A stretch of 64,000 nt of DNA from Lama glama (Eukaryota): positions 23,810,001 to 23,874,000 of the forward strand of contig CM052832.1 of NCBI GenBank assembly GCA_028534125.1, in the 5' to 3' direction. Numbering within the stretch: position 1 is the stretch's first letter; every line of letters starts with the position of its first letter. Shown piece after piece: positions 50,536 through 61,669 of this stretch. Both the position numbers and the translations under genes were made by a program. The notes below the pieces were generated by a model. That model had not been told where the DNA came from, searched no databases, and worked only from the letters and a program-made list of their open reading frames with translations.

Positions 50536-51420
50536 TTGTAGGAATGGTTGCTTGAACAGAAATAACAAGATAATCTAAATGAAATCAGGTCATTACTTTT
50601 GGACAAAGTATTAATTTTCAGATGCTGAAGCAGCCTCCAGGCAAACAATTAAATTATCCTGAAGTCTAGATAGAAAACAACAAATGTTCCTGTTGTTGGC
50701 ATAGTTTTAGAAAGAAGGAAAGACAGGGGGAAAAAAAAGAAAAAGGCAAGAGAAATAAAAAAGGACCTATATTTTGTGGTATTAGGTAACATGATGAAAT
50801 TCTGACATGGAAATAATCTTCTGAAAGGGTATTTCTAAGGGGAAAAAAATCTTTGGAGAAAGGTCGCTGGTCACATTCAGGAGCTTCTGACATGGACGAC
50901 GTTGCAGATTCTTGTTACGTTTTTATGTAGACCAACGCCATTCCTGTGTGACTCAATAATCTACCCTGCCCCCGGGTACTGGACCAGAGGGGCCAGCCGG
51001 TGGGCGACACAGCTTACCCCCAACCACGGCAGCCTGATCATGCTTAAGAGCTCATCCCTGCATTCTTGGACGTTCCCATTTTGCTTACGCCAGTGAACGC
51101 AGAACAGAAAGGGGTAATTAGGACTGATGTTCCACAGGTTTCCTTAAAAGATTTCCTTTAAGAAGCAGAAAGAAAAGCACTGAGGCAAAAATTTCCCCAA
51201 AAAGTATTTCCTATTCAGGAGGAAAAAAGGCAGGCATCATCTTAACCTGAGAGATTCACAGAACTACTTCATTGTTTCAGCAAAATATTTAGGTGACATA
51301 TTTTATTTTTGGTGGAGTAAACAGGGAGGTCCTGGTGTGTAGTGCTGCCTGGTGGTCCTTCAAGAGATGTTTAGACATCTCCTATTAAATTAAGGAACAG
51401 TAATGTTTCTTAGTTTTCTT

Positions 51421-51566
51421 TTTAAGGCATTTTTTGTTTTTTTGTTTTTATTTGGGGGGGAGGGGTAATTAGGTTTATTTGTTTTTTTAGTGGAGATAGT
51501 GGGGATTGAACCCAGGACCTCATGCATGCTAGGCAGGCACTCTACCATGGAGCTATACCTTCCCCC
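51421..51566 (-). mobile_element. Vic-1-like camelid SINE
   Basis: 'ggggattgaacccaggacctcatgcatgctaggcaggcactctaccatggagctataccttccccc'. Probable TSD caagagatg(t/c)ttag at 51361-51374 and 51567-51580. Confidence 0.85.
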
Positions 51567-52369
51567 CAAGAGATGCTTAGGTTCCAAGTCTAGCTCCTTA
51601 TTTAGAGCCTCCCCAAGGCTCTAAATGTGCTATGAAAACTAGAATGTTCAAGGAAAAAGACAGGGATTAGATGTTCTAATAGCAAACATCCTTAAGTTAA
51701 AAAGCAGTCGCAAGGATGTCCAACTAAGGCGAGTTACTTAGCAGGAATGGGCTGTGAGTCAAGGCATATGTTGAATAGCAAAATATGTGTTTAATGCTGA
51801 GAATAAAAATTCTCCATGTTCTCGGGAAGAAATGATAACAGAGACGATCTATCTGGGACCTTTCCGAATTCTGCAAAGTTTGTGTCAATAGCACAGTGAG
51901 TGATGACCAGGCGGAGACCACGCTAGTGTGATGGGGGAGAAGTGAAGACCCCTGAGGGACACAGCTCATCTGTCCTGGAGGTCACAGTTCTCCCTGTTGC
52001 CTCACTCAGCCCTTCTCTGAGGAGACACATGAAAGACATGAGTTACAGTGACGTTCCACCGTCTTCTCATCCCTCGGGCCTCAGCCAGCCACTGTTATGA
52101 CCTTCTCACATATTGTGGAAATTTACCAGTGGGGGGTGGTAAGAGCTGTAGTGTGCAGTGGGCAGGAAGAGGTGGCAGACAAATGCCATCGCTTCTTACT
52201 AGTGATCCAGGTGCCTACAAAGGCAGTGGGAGACCCGGCAGCCAAGGGGGTCAAAACCAGGCATCTCCCAGTACAACGGATGGAGACTTTGGAGACCAGA
52301 TTCCTGGTCCTGCCACAGAAGCATGATGTCGTATTCAACACATCACCTACATCACCTAACCTCTCTAGA

Positions 52370-52480
52370 AAGCGAGAAAGACAGGTAGAAAGGAAGAAAA
52401 GAAAGGAGAGGGATGGAAGGAGGAGGTGGGTAGGAGGGAGGGAGGAAGAAAGGAAGGCAGGCAGAAAGACAAAGAAAAGG
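52370..52480. repeat. GA-rich low-complexity tract
   Basis: Directly visible. Confidence 0.8.
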
Positions 52481-53899
52481 GGGTGTATCTTGGGATGGAT
52501 GAATTCTAAGGTATTTCCTCCTCTAATAATTCTATTGTAACTGGCTAAGACTGTAAGAAGGGAGATTCCTGCTACGAAGCCTATATGACATCTAGATGCA
52601 GAATTCTCTGTGCAAGTCATTTCGGGGAGGTCTCTGCCATTTGGAGCATGTGAAAGACATACAGATCCTTTGGGCTTGAGACTGCCAAGGTATTCAGGTC
52701 TAGTTATGACAAGAATAAATGTTCAGATTAGAACTATTAGCAAGAAGCTAGTTAACGGGAGGACCAGCTTGGCTGCAGGTGAGCAGGAGAGTGAGGGGAG
52801 CCTGCGTCGAAGGGGCTGTTTCATTGAGTCCACTCCAGGCTTGTGCTTCTGGTCACTGTTTGATTTCTTTGGTGTCGGGGCAGGAGAGTTTTTATATAGA
52901 CCTAGACCAGAAAGCACCAGAAATGCAAATAGCCACTTTTTAAGTAAGAACAAATTACTCATAAAAAGGTTTCTAAAAATCAAAAGAATATGGATACAAT
53001 TAGTAAAATACGCAAACATTTTTGCATTATTAACTCCAGAGATAAGCTTATTATTTATTTATTCTGGAGGTAAGGTCCACGAAAAGGAAGAATTGATAAA
53101 GAACTGACAAGCAAGACAGACTCATGGAGGCCTCAAGGTCTTTTTAAATGAAGGAGCCTGAGTTTTTTTCTATATCATCGTGAAGGAGGATGATATGTTA
53201 TCTTGAGTCTCCTGAGTATCTTTTTTCTGGTGTTTCCTTCTGCTTGTTTTGCAAGTTCAGATGATTGAGGTACTTTCCCTGGCGCAGCTCAAGATGCTTT
53301 TTAATGGTGATGATGCTGCCCTATCTCAAGCTCTTCATTTGGAAGCTGAACAACTCCCTCATGCATTTACGCTGAGACAACGGGTGAGTCACTCAAAGGG
53401 GCCTGAGAGCCCTTGGAAATGATGTCGTCCAGGCTCATTACTAACTAGCTCAAGGTCATGCTAGAAAAAGCAGAGCCAGCTCTAAAATCCAAATACAAAC
53501 AAGAAGAGCTCACTCTTACTTTCCAACCCCTCGGACATGTTACCTCATCGGCACGCCATAAAATGAACAAAACGTTTTGTAGGTGATTTAAATAAATAAC
53601 ACATTCTAGGAACATCTAGAACAGTGATCATGACCCATCAAAAGTAGGGCTACAGTAATGGTCTTCAAAGGATGAGGTGAAGCTTCATCCTTTATACGGC
53701 CCAGGGACTTAAGAACACAATACTGTGCAGTGTGATTTAATCCTGCCATGTGTAGTGTGTCATACTTCTTTGTTGAAGTTTACTGCCCTTTTGTTCAAAT
53801 TGCAGTTTTCCCTTTTTTTTTGGTCTTCCTGGTTTTTATTGTGTTTTCACAGCCTTTTGTCTCAAAGGCAAGTTAAAGAGGGTTGACTAACTGTTCAGA

Positions 53900-54080
53900 C
53901 CTTTGAGGTATAACATCATTACAGAAAATTGCACAGATCTCAAGTGTACCTTCAAGGGTTTTTTCACAATCTGAACACATCTGTGTAACAAGTGCCCAGA
54001 TTAAGACCTAGAACATTCCCAGTCTCCCGATTACCCCTAAAGGCACTATCTCCTGAGGATAACCATCATCTTGCTAGCTT
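53900..54080 (-). mobile_element. Old L1 (L1MD/ME-like) 3' end fragment
   Basis: 'tttgaggtataac...aaattgcacagatctcaagtgtac...tgtaacaagtgcccagattaagacctagaacatt'. Confidence 0.6.
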
Positions 54081-55718
54081 TGTCAGGCGAGTTTTATTTT
54101 TATTACTGTTATTACTTACTTTATCATTTTAGTTTCAAAGCTAAAATGGAACTGCTTTTTTATGTATGCAAACCAGAGGTGGTCATACCTAAGCCAGTCC
54201 AGGAAGCTAGAAGAAGAGCTTGGTCTTTAGATCTGGGCAGAGTCTGATCTGGTTGTTCCCCACTAACCTCACAGCCTGACCATCAGTTCTTGGGTGATGC
54301 AGCAACCCAGCTCCAGTCATAACAGTGCTGACTTCGGAGGCTGGTTTATTCAGAGCGTAAGGTTCTCTCATTTTTACTGAACAATTAATAAAAGAGTACT
54401 TCTTTTTAATCCATTTTAACCAAGATAAGAAATAAGTGTTCCAGACTTCTACCAACACCTAAAATGCAAGGTCTATAAATTTCCAAAAAGAGCTTGAGTT
54501 AGGAAGGGCTATATGATTTGCAGTTGTTTTTGCATGATTGCCAAATCATTTAGCATAGACCTGAGATTAGTTCCATACACCATGAAAGCAACAGGACAGC
54601 TTCGTCAAAAAAAAAAAAATCACATTAGTCTATTTAAGGATAAATGATGGCTGACCAAGGGCTTAGAATCCTGTAGGCCCAGTTTCGAGGGGACCCTTTC
54701 CTTTGACATTGAGGACTATATTACCCTAAGCAACTATTATAAAATTATGCCTTGTTTATTCTTTCTTCAAAAGGGTGCAAGCTGTGTCAGTGTTCCTGAG
54801 TTGAAGGGTAATTTAAATAAGCCCTTGGGTTTACGTTGCATACAAGAAGGCTTTACAAGATCTAATCTTTTCTAAACCTGTTGTGTTCTTCGGTTCAGCA
54901 GAGCTTCCTAATTGTAGCTATTAGCTCCCCTTTTTTGCGGTCTGTTCCGTCAATAGACTATTGAGTGTTCAGTAAATTAAGCCCAACCAGCAGTCAACAC
55001 ATCAAGTCAGACGTTAAATCATAGCTCGGCGGCCCTTATTCATGATCAGTTTCTGGGAAATAGCTTTTAAGCAGAGGGACAGGATTTAACACGATGCACA
55101 TTTGTGTCATTCTCAAGTTTCCATACTGTACAATCAGGTATGTGAGTTGTTTTTCTTTTTCTTTTTTTCCTAGGCAACAGGTGTGTTCTTGGAACAAAGT
55201 TCAACCCCCACTTCTGGCTTATATGAGAGGCAGCAGCTGCAAGCTTAATGTCAGTGACACAAGGTTCTATAAGAGAGAAAAAATAAACTACTTGTTCAGT
55301 GTATTAAAGTGATGGGCAGATGGACGATGGCTGCCAGGACTTTTCTTTGTCTGACTTTTTCTTTGACTTTTCCGAGTCTGCATTTTCAGATGACAAGTGT
55401 TTTTCTCTCTTTCCCTTCTTTTCTCTTTCTTTCCTTTTTTCTTTACCCACCTTCCTTCTCTCATTTTTAAACAACCAACTAGTGCAAAACATAAATTTCT
55501 TTAAGCATTACATATTCATTATTGAAAATATCGCTTCCATTGAGTCACAGTTTCTAGGCTGAGTGGAGAGAAGAAAAAACTTCATATAAGTCAAGCTACA
55601 CTTTATTTATAATTCACTTTGTTCTAAAAGAATTTAAAGGAACTGTTTACTATGAAATTTGAAGAGACTTATCCAGTATGCAAATCCCACATTTTTTAAA
55701 AAATATGCTTATTTATAG

Positions 55719-55800
55719 AACTGAATCGCTTTGCTGGACACCTGAAACTAACAATGTAAATCAACTAAACTTCAATTAAAAAATTAAAATTAAAAAAATA
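55719..55800 (+). mobile_element. Very short L1 3' end
   Basis: 'aactgaatcgctttgctggacacctgaaactaac...aaatcaactaaacttcaattaaaa'. Flanking repeat cttatttatag at 55708-55718 and 55801-55811. Confidence 0.75.
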
Positions 55801-56864
55801 CTTATTTATAGGCTTCATTATTCCCCAGTTAAAAAACACTACATAGAATTTTGTAAGATATTACTAATAAGAATTCTAATGTCCTGTGTATGTCAGAGGC
55901 ATAATGTCAATATTAATGGTAACAACAGAGATACAATAATTATTGGAATAGTGTTCAAGAGACTAAATTGGTCTTCGATCACTCAAGAATCTCTTTTAGT
56001 GTGTTGGGGGTAATATGCCATTTTTATATGGCAGTTTTCAGGTACTATCATGCCTCAGTCTAAGAAGCTCAGCCACTACCTTACTGCAGACCACGCTGCT
56101 TGCAAACAAAAACATTAAGCTCAAGAACAGACTAGAGCAATTCTAGGGCTCTGTGATACATCTGAAGTGAGCATGTCTTACTACACACACTTTTCTAGAA
56201 CTCATGTATAGCAGAGTTTCCCCTCTTTTGCTAGAGTATTTCAACAGGGATATTTAATAAAAAATGGAGACCGTGAGAAGAATCTTCATTTTTCTTCGAT
56301 GAGGTGAACAAATACGTTGCAAACGTGATGAGATAAGCACCTATTTAATTACAAGCCTGGAACCACGGGTATAACATGAGTCACCAGATCCCCTGGAAGA
56401 CTGGTGTTGGGTGTTGTATACAATGTCTAATTAGAGAAGGAGCAAAAAGAGAATCCCTTTTTATGTTGGTTTTTTTTTTTTAACCTCAAACCACAATGCT
56501 ATTCAAGAATCAGATTTTCTATGAATCTATACAGAAAATGGTTTTGCCGGGACCCTCTCATTGCTAAGAAATCTACAAGCAGATGGATCTGGAATTCAAC
56601 CCTCTGTGAGAAACAAAGGCAAATGAATAAGAAGAACCTGGTGATAAATTTCTCTCAGGTTTTTAATTGGTTTGGCTTTTACATTAGATTTTCATTGAAT
56701 GCACACAAATAACGACCAACCTCTTGGGAGGATGCTAAACATTTAAAAATGTATAAAAAGTGCCTAAACTGAGAGGCTGGCCTAAAGATCATTAAAAGTC
56801 TCTACCAATCCAGAGAGTACCTACGACAGAAATTCTACAACTTTGCTTTTCTTCTGGCTGCACT

Positions 56865-57592
56865 TAAAAAAAAATTGTGGTAAAATACACTACACAAAAT
56901 GTACCATACTAACCATTTTTAAGTGTACAGTTTAAATATTAAGTTTATTCACACTGTTGCACATCAGATCTCCAGAATTTTTTCTAGAGTTTAGTTTGCA
57001 TTGCAAAACTAGAACTCTATACCGATTAAACAAGTTCCTGTTTCTCCCTTGCCCAACCCCTGGCAACCACCATTCCACTTTTTGTTTCCCTGAGTCCGAC
57101 TACTCTAGATACCTCATATAAATGAAATCACACAGTGTTTATCTTTTGGTGACTGGCTTATTTCACTTGGCATAATGTCCTCAAGTTTCATCCATGTTTT
57201 GGCATGTGTCAGAATTTCCCTTTTTTATGGCTGAACAATACTCCCTTGTATGTAAAGGCCACATTTTGTTTATCCATCCGTCCGTCAACAGACACTCAGG
57301 ATGCTTCCGCTTTGGGCTACTGTGAGTAACGCCCATGGCTACGAACATAGGTGTACAAATACCTCTTTGAGATCTTGTTATCAATTCTTCTGGGTGTATG
57401 TCCAGAAGCAGAGCTGCTGGACTGTATGATAACTATATTTTTAATTTTTCGAGGAGCCGCCATATTCTTTTCCACGCTGGCTGCACCATTTTACATTCCC
57501 CTCAGCAGAGCACAAGGGCCCCAATCTCTCCATTCCCTCGCCAACCCTTGTTATTTTTTGTTATCTTTTAAGTTTTTAACAGCAGTCATCCT
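56865..57592 (-). mobile_element. L1MB-type LINE-1 3' end
   Basis: 'ttgtggtaaaatacac...taaccatttttaagtgtacagtt', 'gactggcttatttcacttggcataatgtcctcaag', 'gcaccattttacattccc'. Confidence 0.85.
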
Positions 57593-57624
57593 TTCTACAG
57601 AGAATAGGGGAAGGAAGTACTCAC

Positions 57625-57725
57625 GTGAGTCTCCACATCACCAGCCAGGATCCTACTCTTCTTTAAGAACTCAGCCACCATGCTGTTCATCAGCTTATCA
57701 AAGGCTTCCACCGAGGGTGCCACAC
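57625..57725 (-). CDS. CAP2: CAP2 second coding exon: (G)VAPSVEAFDKLMNSMVAEFLKKSRILAGDVETH
   Basis: Acceptor ctcttcttccaaAG|GT GTG GCA. Donor ACT CAC|GTGAGT. 101 nt, which completes the phase-1 Gly codon (121+101=222 nt). The peptide is the start of the CAP helical folded domain. Confidence 0.97.
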
Positions 57726-57959
57726 CTTTGGAAGAAGAGCGTATTTTGTTATTCCCCAGTAGTTCAGGGAAAAGCTGGTACTGCTCTGCCAATATACGGC
57801 AGTTTCAATATACAGCAGTTTATGGAAGCTCAATGTGAATCATGTCATTCTTCTATTTGCTAAGTCACTCATTCACTCAGTCAGTACTTACTAAATACTT
57901 CTCAACAGCTCAAGAAAACAGTGTGTTCTTATTTTTCAACCTCCTGAGTAAACACTTTC

Positions 57960-58145
57960 ACCTACACAATTTCTTTTAGTTCTCCCGCAGACCCCTGAGG
58001 TAAGTAGCACTGTCACACTCTGACTGATGAGGACACGGAGATGTAAAGAGACCACGTGACTTGTTAAAAGCATTATACCAAATAAGAGGCCGAGCCAAAA
58101 ACTGAACTGTGCCTTAGGACTCTAAAGCCAGTGTCCTTTCTTCTA
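57960..58145 (-). mobile_element. MIR SINE
   Basis: 'ccctgaggtaagtagcactgtc...ctgatgaggacacggagatgtaaagag..cgtgacttg'. Confidence 0.55.
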
Positions 58146-58407
58146 CACTGACCTGTCCAGGTGCTATAACTACCTTGCAAATAGTTATCAAAATTATTCA
58201 GGACAATTAAAAGGTCAGAATGAACTCTGGGACAAGTAGGAAAAGAAGTTGATTGCACACATTTTGTTCCTTCCTAACTTCCCAGTGGGAGAAATGGCAG
58301 TGATGGTGGACTTAAAAATGATTGCTGGGGTAACTGATGCACATTGAATTTTGATCTGCCAAATTACCATAAAAGCTGAAGTGATAATGGCCCGACCTGG
58401 CGTGTTC

Positions 58408-58552
58408 ATTTTTTTGTTAGTCTGGGGGAAGGAGGTAATTAGGTTTACTTATTTATTTACTTTTTTTTAAGAGGAGGTACTGGGGATTGAACCCGGGAGC
58501 ACATGCATGCTAAACATGTACTCTACCACTTTGAGCTATACCCTCCCCCTCA
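58408..58552 (-). mobile_element. Vic-1-like camelid SINE
   Basis: 'gaggaggtactggggattgaacccggga...ctctaccactttgagctataccctcccc'. TSD acctgg(c/t)gtgttc at 58395-58407 and 58553-58565. Confidence 0.85.
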
Positions 58553-58587
58553 ACCTGGTGTGTTCTGCATTTCTTTTCCTTGCCTTT

Positions 58588-58700
58588 TTTTCCTATTCTT
58601 TTTGTCTGTTTGTTTTTGTTGAAGTATAGTCAGTTTACAACGTGTCAATTTCTGGTGTACAGCACAATGCTTCAGTCACACATGAATATACATATATTCG
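58588..58700 (-). mobile_element. Short L1 3' end adjacent to the SINE
   Basis: 'gttgaagtatagtcagtttacaacgtgtcaatttctggtgtacagc'. Flanking repeat ttttccttg(c/t)cttt at 58574-58587 and 58701-58714. Confidence 0.75.
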
Positions 58701-60672
58701 TTTTCCTTGTCTTTAATTAACAGAAAAATTTTGTCTAAGTCCTTGACTGCATATCCCTAATACTGAGAAGGATTATTTGAGAAATTTAGTACCACAGGCT
58801 ATTAAAATTTAAGCCAAAAGTCTAAATCTAGGGTTCTCTTTCTTATACTGGACAGAAACATCCATGCTCATAAACCTGTAGATCTTCCTTCCTTTTCCCT
58901 GATTCCCAGTTGCCCACTTCCACAGGCCCACATAGTGATGGAAACAGTTGTTTACAGCTCTCTGCACCTATAGTCTAACTTCCAAGCAGGCTATTGAAGC
59001 TGAGTTATCCTCGAGTTCAAAGTACAGTGTGTACCAACTTCCAGAACATAAGGGTACAAACCCAAAGGTTTCTTATTGGTCCATTTGGAAACAACTAAAC
59101 CTGTTTGTTGCTGTGGGTCTGAGAAGTCTCTGCTGAGTGTTTAAAGCTGGAGAAAGTTTTAAAAATGTGATGGAGGCCTCCACATAGCAGAAGGTACAAT
59201 GATAAAAGGGAATATTTTCCAATTTCCTTTCATCACTCAGTTCTGCTCACACCTCCTCCGGGCAGCCTTTAATGACTTGTCTTTCTCCCCAGCCTGCATC
59301 CTTTGAGCATCTCTTAATCAAAGCATATGAGGCCCTGAATAGTAATACATTGAGACCAAAGATTCTGGAGGATTAGGACTGTGTATAATTCATCTTAGAT
59401 CCCCTGCACCTAGCACAGGACTTGTCAGTTGGCAGGCATGAAAATATTTCTTCAACTGTTCAGCCAAACTTACCTGATTGTCAGGGTGGGGGAAAAACGT
59501 ATCGTAAAACACATTATGACACCAGTCTCATACGGCAGTTCTTTGATCTGTGCACACTATGGGTGTGTAATGGACTGGCTTCCTTCTAAAAGTTTCTTTT
59601 TAAATTAAAAAAAAAATGTAACTTTAGTTATAACATCATCCTAATGATGATGTTTACATTTAAGGTGAGAGATTGTCCTTACTGAGTTGTTAAAAACAGA
59701 ATTTAGAAAATTACCAAAGCTGACTAATTAAAAGGAAACGAAAGCAATATTGCTCAGGATTAAGTAAAACGTTTTAAGGATGGATATCATTCAGACGTTT
59801 TACTAATTACCTACTTACTAATTTTCTTCTTCATTTCAAATAGGATAATAAATTGCTGGCTAAGTTGTTTTAAGAATCCTTACTTTAATAACTGGTTTGG
59901 AATAATTTGCTATAATAGAAAATATGTGTTTAAATACTCAAGTAATTTAATTACATGCCTCCCAATTTTGCTTAGCTTATTAATTTTCCCAGGACATTCT
60001 TTTTTCATGAAGAAAATACAAAGTGTAGTCTAGTACCTCTTTGAGTAAGTGAGCCTCAAATTACTTGAATTTTGGGGTTTTTTTTCCTTTACTCAACATC
60101 ACTACACAATCTCCTGGGAGTTGGATTTTAACTTTATTTTATGTATTCATAGGCTTTATATTTGTGGTCAGCAGTCTCAGAGAAATGTCTCTTGATCATC
60201 TGATGCCAAAGGCATAAGGAAACAAAGTTACTGAAGAGAACAGGAAAATATTTTCTTACAAATAAGATTTATTGAATCTCATATGCCAGCTGTATAGTTA
60301 ACAAAAAGAGGCTTAAAATGAAATCATAGATGTGTCTCAGTTGATGTGGAAAAAACTTACAGGCCCCTGGCAGCCTTCCTTTAAACAACACCCCCTTCCA
60401 ATTCATTCAAAGCATTTTAATTTTCATTATGTTCTGGGGGGAAGGAAAAAACCAGCCTGTGCATTTGAGCTCACACGGTAATTTTTGTCCCAGGGCATGT
60501 AATACAAGGCACAGCTCCAAATACGCCTGAAACTCTAGAAGCACCAATGTGGATCCTGCCCGGTGAAAGCTTTTTTTGAAGCCCCCTCTTCCCTAAGGCT
60601 TTTCTCAATCCCCAAAAGTCTCACAAAATTCAAAATGGGTCAGATAAGGAGGAAATGCGTGTGAGACAAGAA

Positions 60673-60880
60673 TAGAGTTGCCAGATTAAATGCAGATCAC
60701 CCAGTTAAATTTGAATTTCAAATAAATAATGAATAAAATTTTAGAATAAGTGTGTAGCATGCAGTATATCCCATGCAGTATTCGGAACACACTTCTACCA
60801 AAAAAAAAAAAATGCAGTTTATCTCAAATTCTAATTTAACTGGGTGTCCTGTATTTTCATTTGCTAAATCTGCAACCTTA
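60673..60880. mobile_element. MER53 palindromic hAT MITE, full length
   Basis: TIRs tagagttgcca / tgcaacctta. Internal inverted arms at 60693-60726 and 60818-60851. Perfect 8-bp TSD gacaagaa at 60665-60672 and 60881-60888. Confidence 0.85.
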
Positions 60881-61321
60881 GACAAGAAGCTGGAAAAATT
60901 ACTGTAGATAACTTAGAGAGTTTGCCATGCATGGTATCCTTTTAAAGAAGCAGTTAACTTTTTATAGGTTTGATCCTGTAATTAAAAAAATTTTTTTTGG
61001 AAAAGGGTGGTATTAGCATATCATTTAAAAATATATTTGGTTAGGAATAGGCAAAAGCAAAACAACGTGATCTCATCATGTTACACGGAAGTAGTATTTG
61101 GCTTCACGTCGGTCTCTCTTCCTTTAAAACTGCAGTTCTTAAATTTAATGACTCATTCTCTTTAAAATTAAAATGTACAGAATAATTCCAATTTACGTTC
61201 TAATCAAGAACATTCGTTTCTTTTTGATAATCACTGAGATAATATATAAAGTCACTGAGTGTGAAAGAGCAGTATAAACACTAAAATGAAAGAACAATAA
61301 CATTTGGCTCATGGATTATTC

Positions 61322-61331
61322 CCTTAATAGG
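61322..61331. promoter_or_regulatory. Consensus CArG box (SRF site), candidate only
   Basis: CCTTAATAGG = CC(A/T)6GG in apparently unique sequence ~220 bp into the intron after the start exon. Confidence 0.3.
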
Positions 61332-61548
61332 CACAGATACAGGTAGTTTTTGTGGATTGTAGGTTGAAACTTTTTTCCTTTTCTCTTTTTCAGGGCTCGC
61401 TTGCATCTGGTTAATGTCACGGTCACATACAAAGAAAGGAGGAGGGGAGGTGAAGAAAGTCGACAGAAGTCAGTCTTGAGAACTCAATGATGGGGACAAA
61501 ATTAAGTGACCCACATAGACCAGTGATGACGACAGTTTGCAGCCCTAC

Positions 61549-61669
61549 CTCCGTTGACACCATTAACTTCCCCACAGTCCCCAGGAGGCCGGTGGGACCC
61601 TGCAGACAGCAACTCCAGTCGGCCGACTGCCCGCTCCAGTCTTTCCACGAGCCCCTGCATCTCTGCCAT
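61549..61669 (-). CDS. CAP2: CAP2 first coding exon (codons 1-40 + 1 nt; exon starts 61670): MAEMQGLVERLERAVGRLELLSAGSHRPPGDCGEVNGVNG-G
   Basis: The peptide matches the CAP2 N-terminal oligomerisation region with two RLE motifs. Acceptor gtttttccAG|A ATG (AG at 61672-61671). Donor GGA G|GTAGGG (GT at 61548-61547). 121 coding nt, phase 1. Confidence 0.97.

Noticed and set aside
52048..53107. Cluster of overlapping 92-165-aa ORFs on both strands
   Set aside because: No recognisable homology. The frames run through a MIR fragment and a GA-rich tract, with no coherent splice or start signals.
57351..57863. 170-aa plus-strand ORF overlapping a CAP2 exon
   Set aside because: It is antisense L1 sequence fused to the antisense of the real exon.
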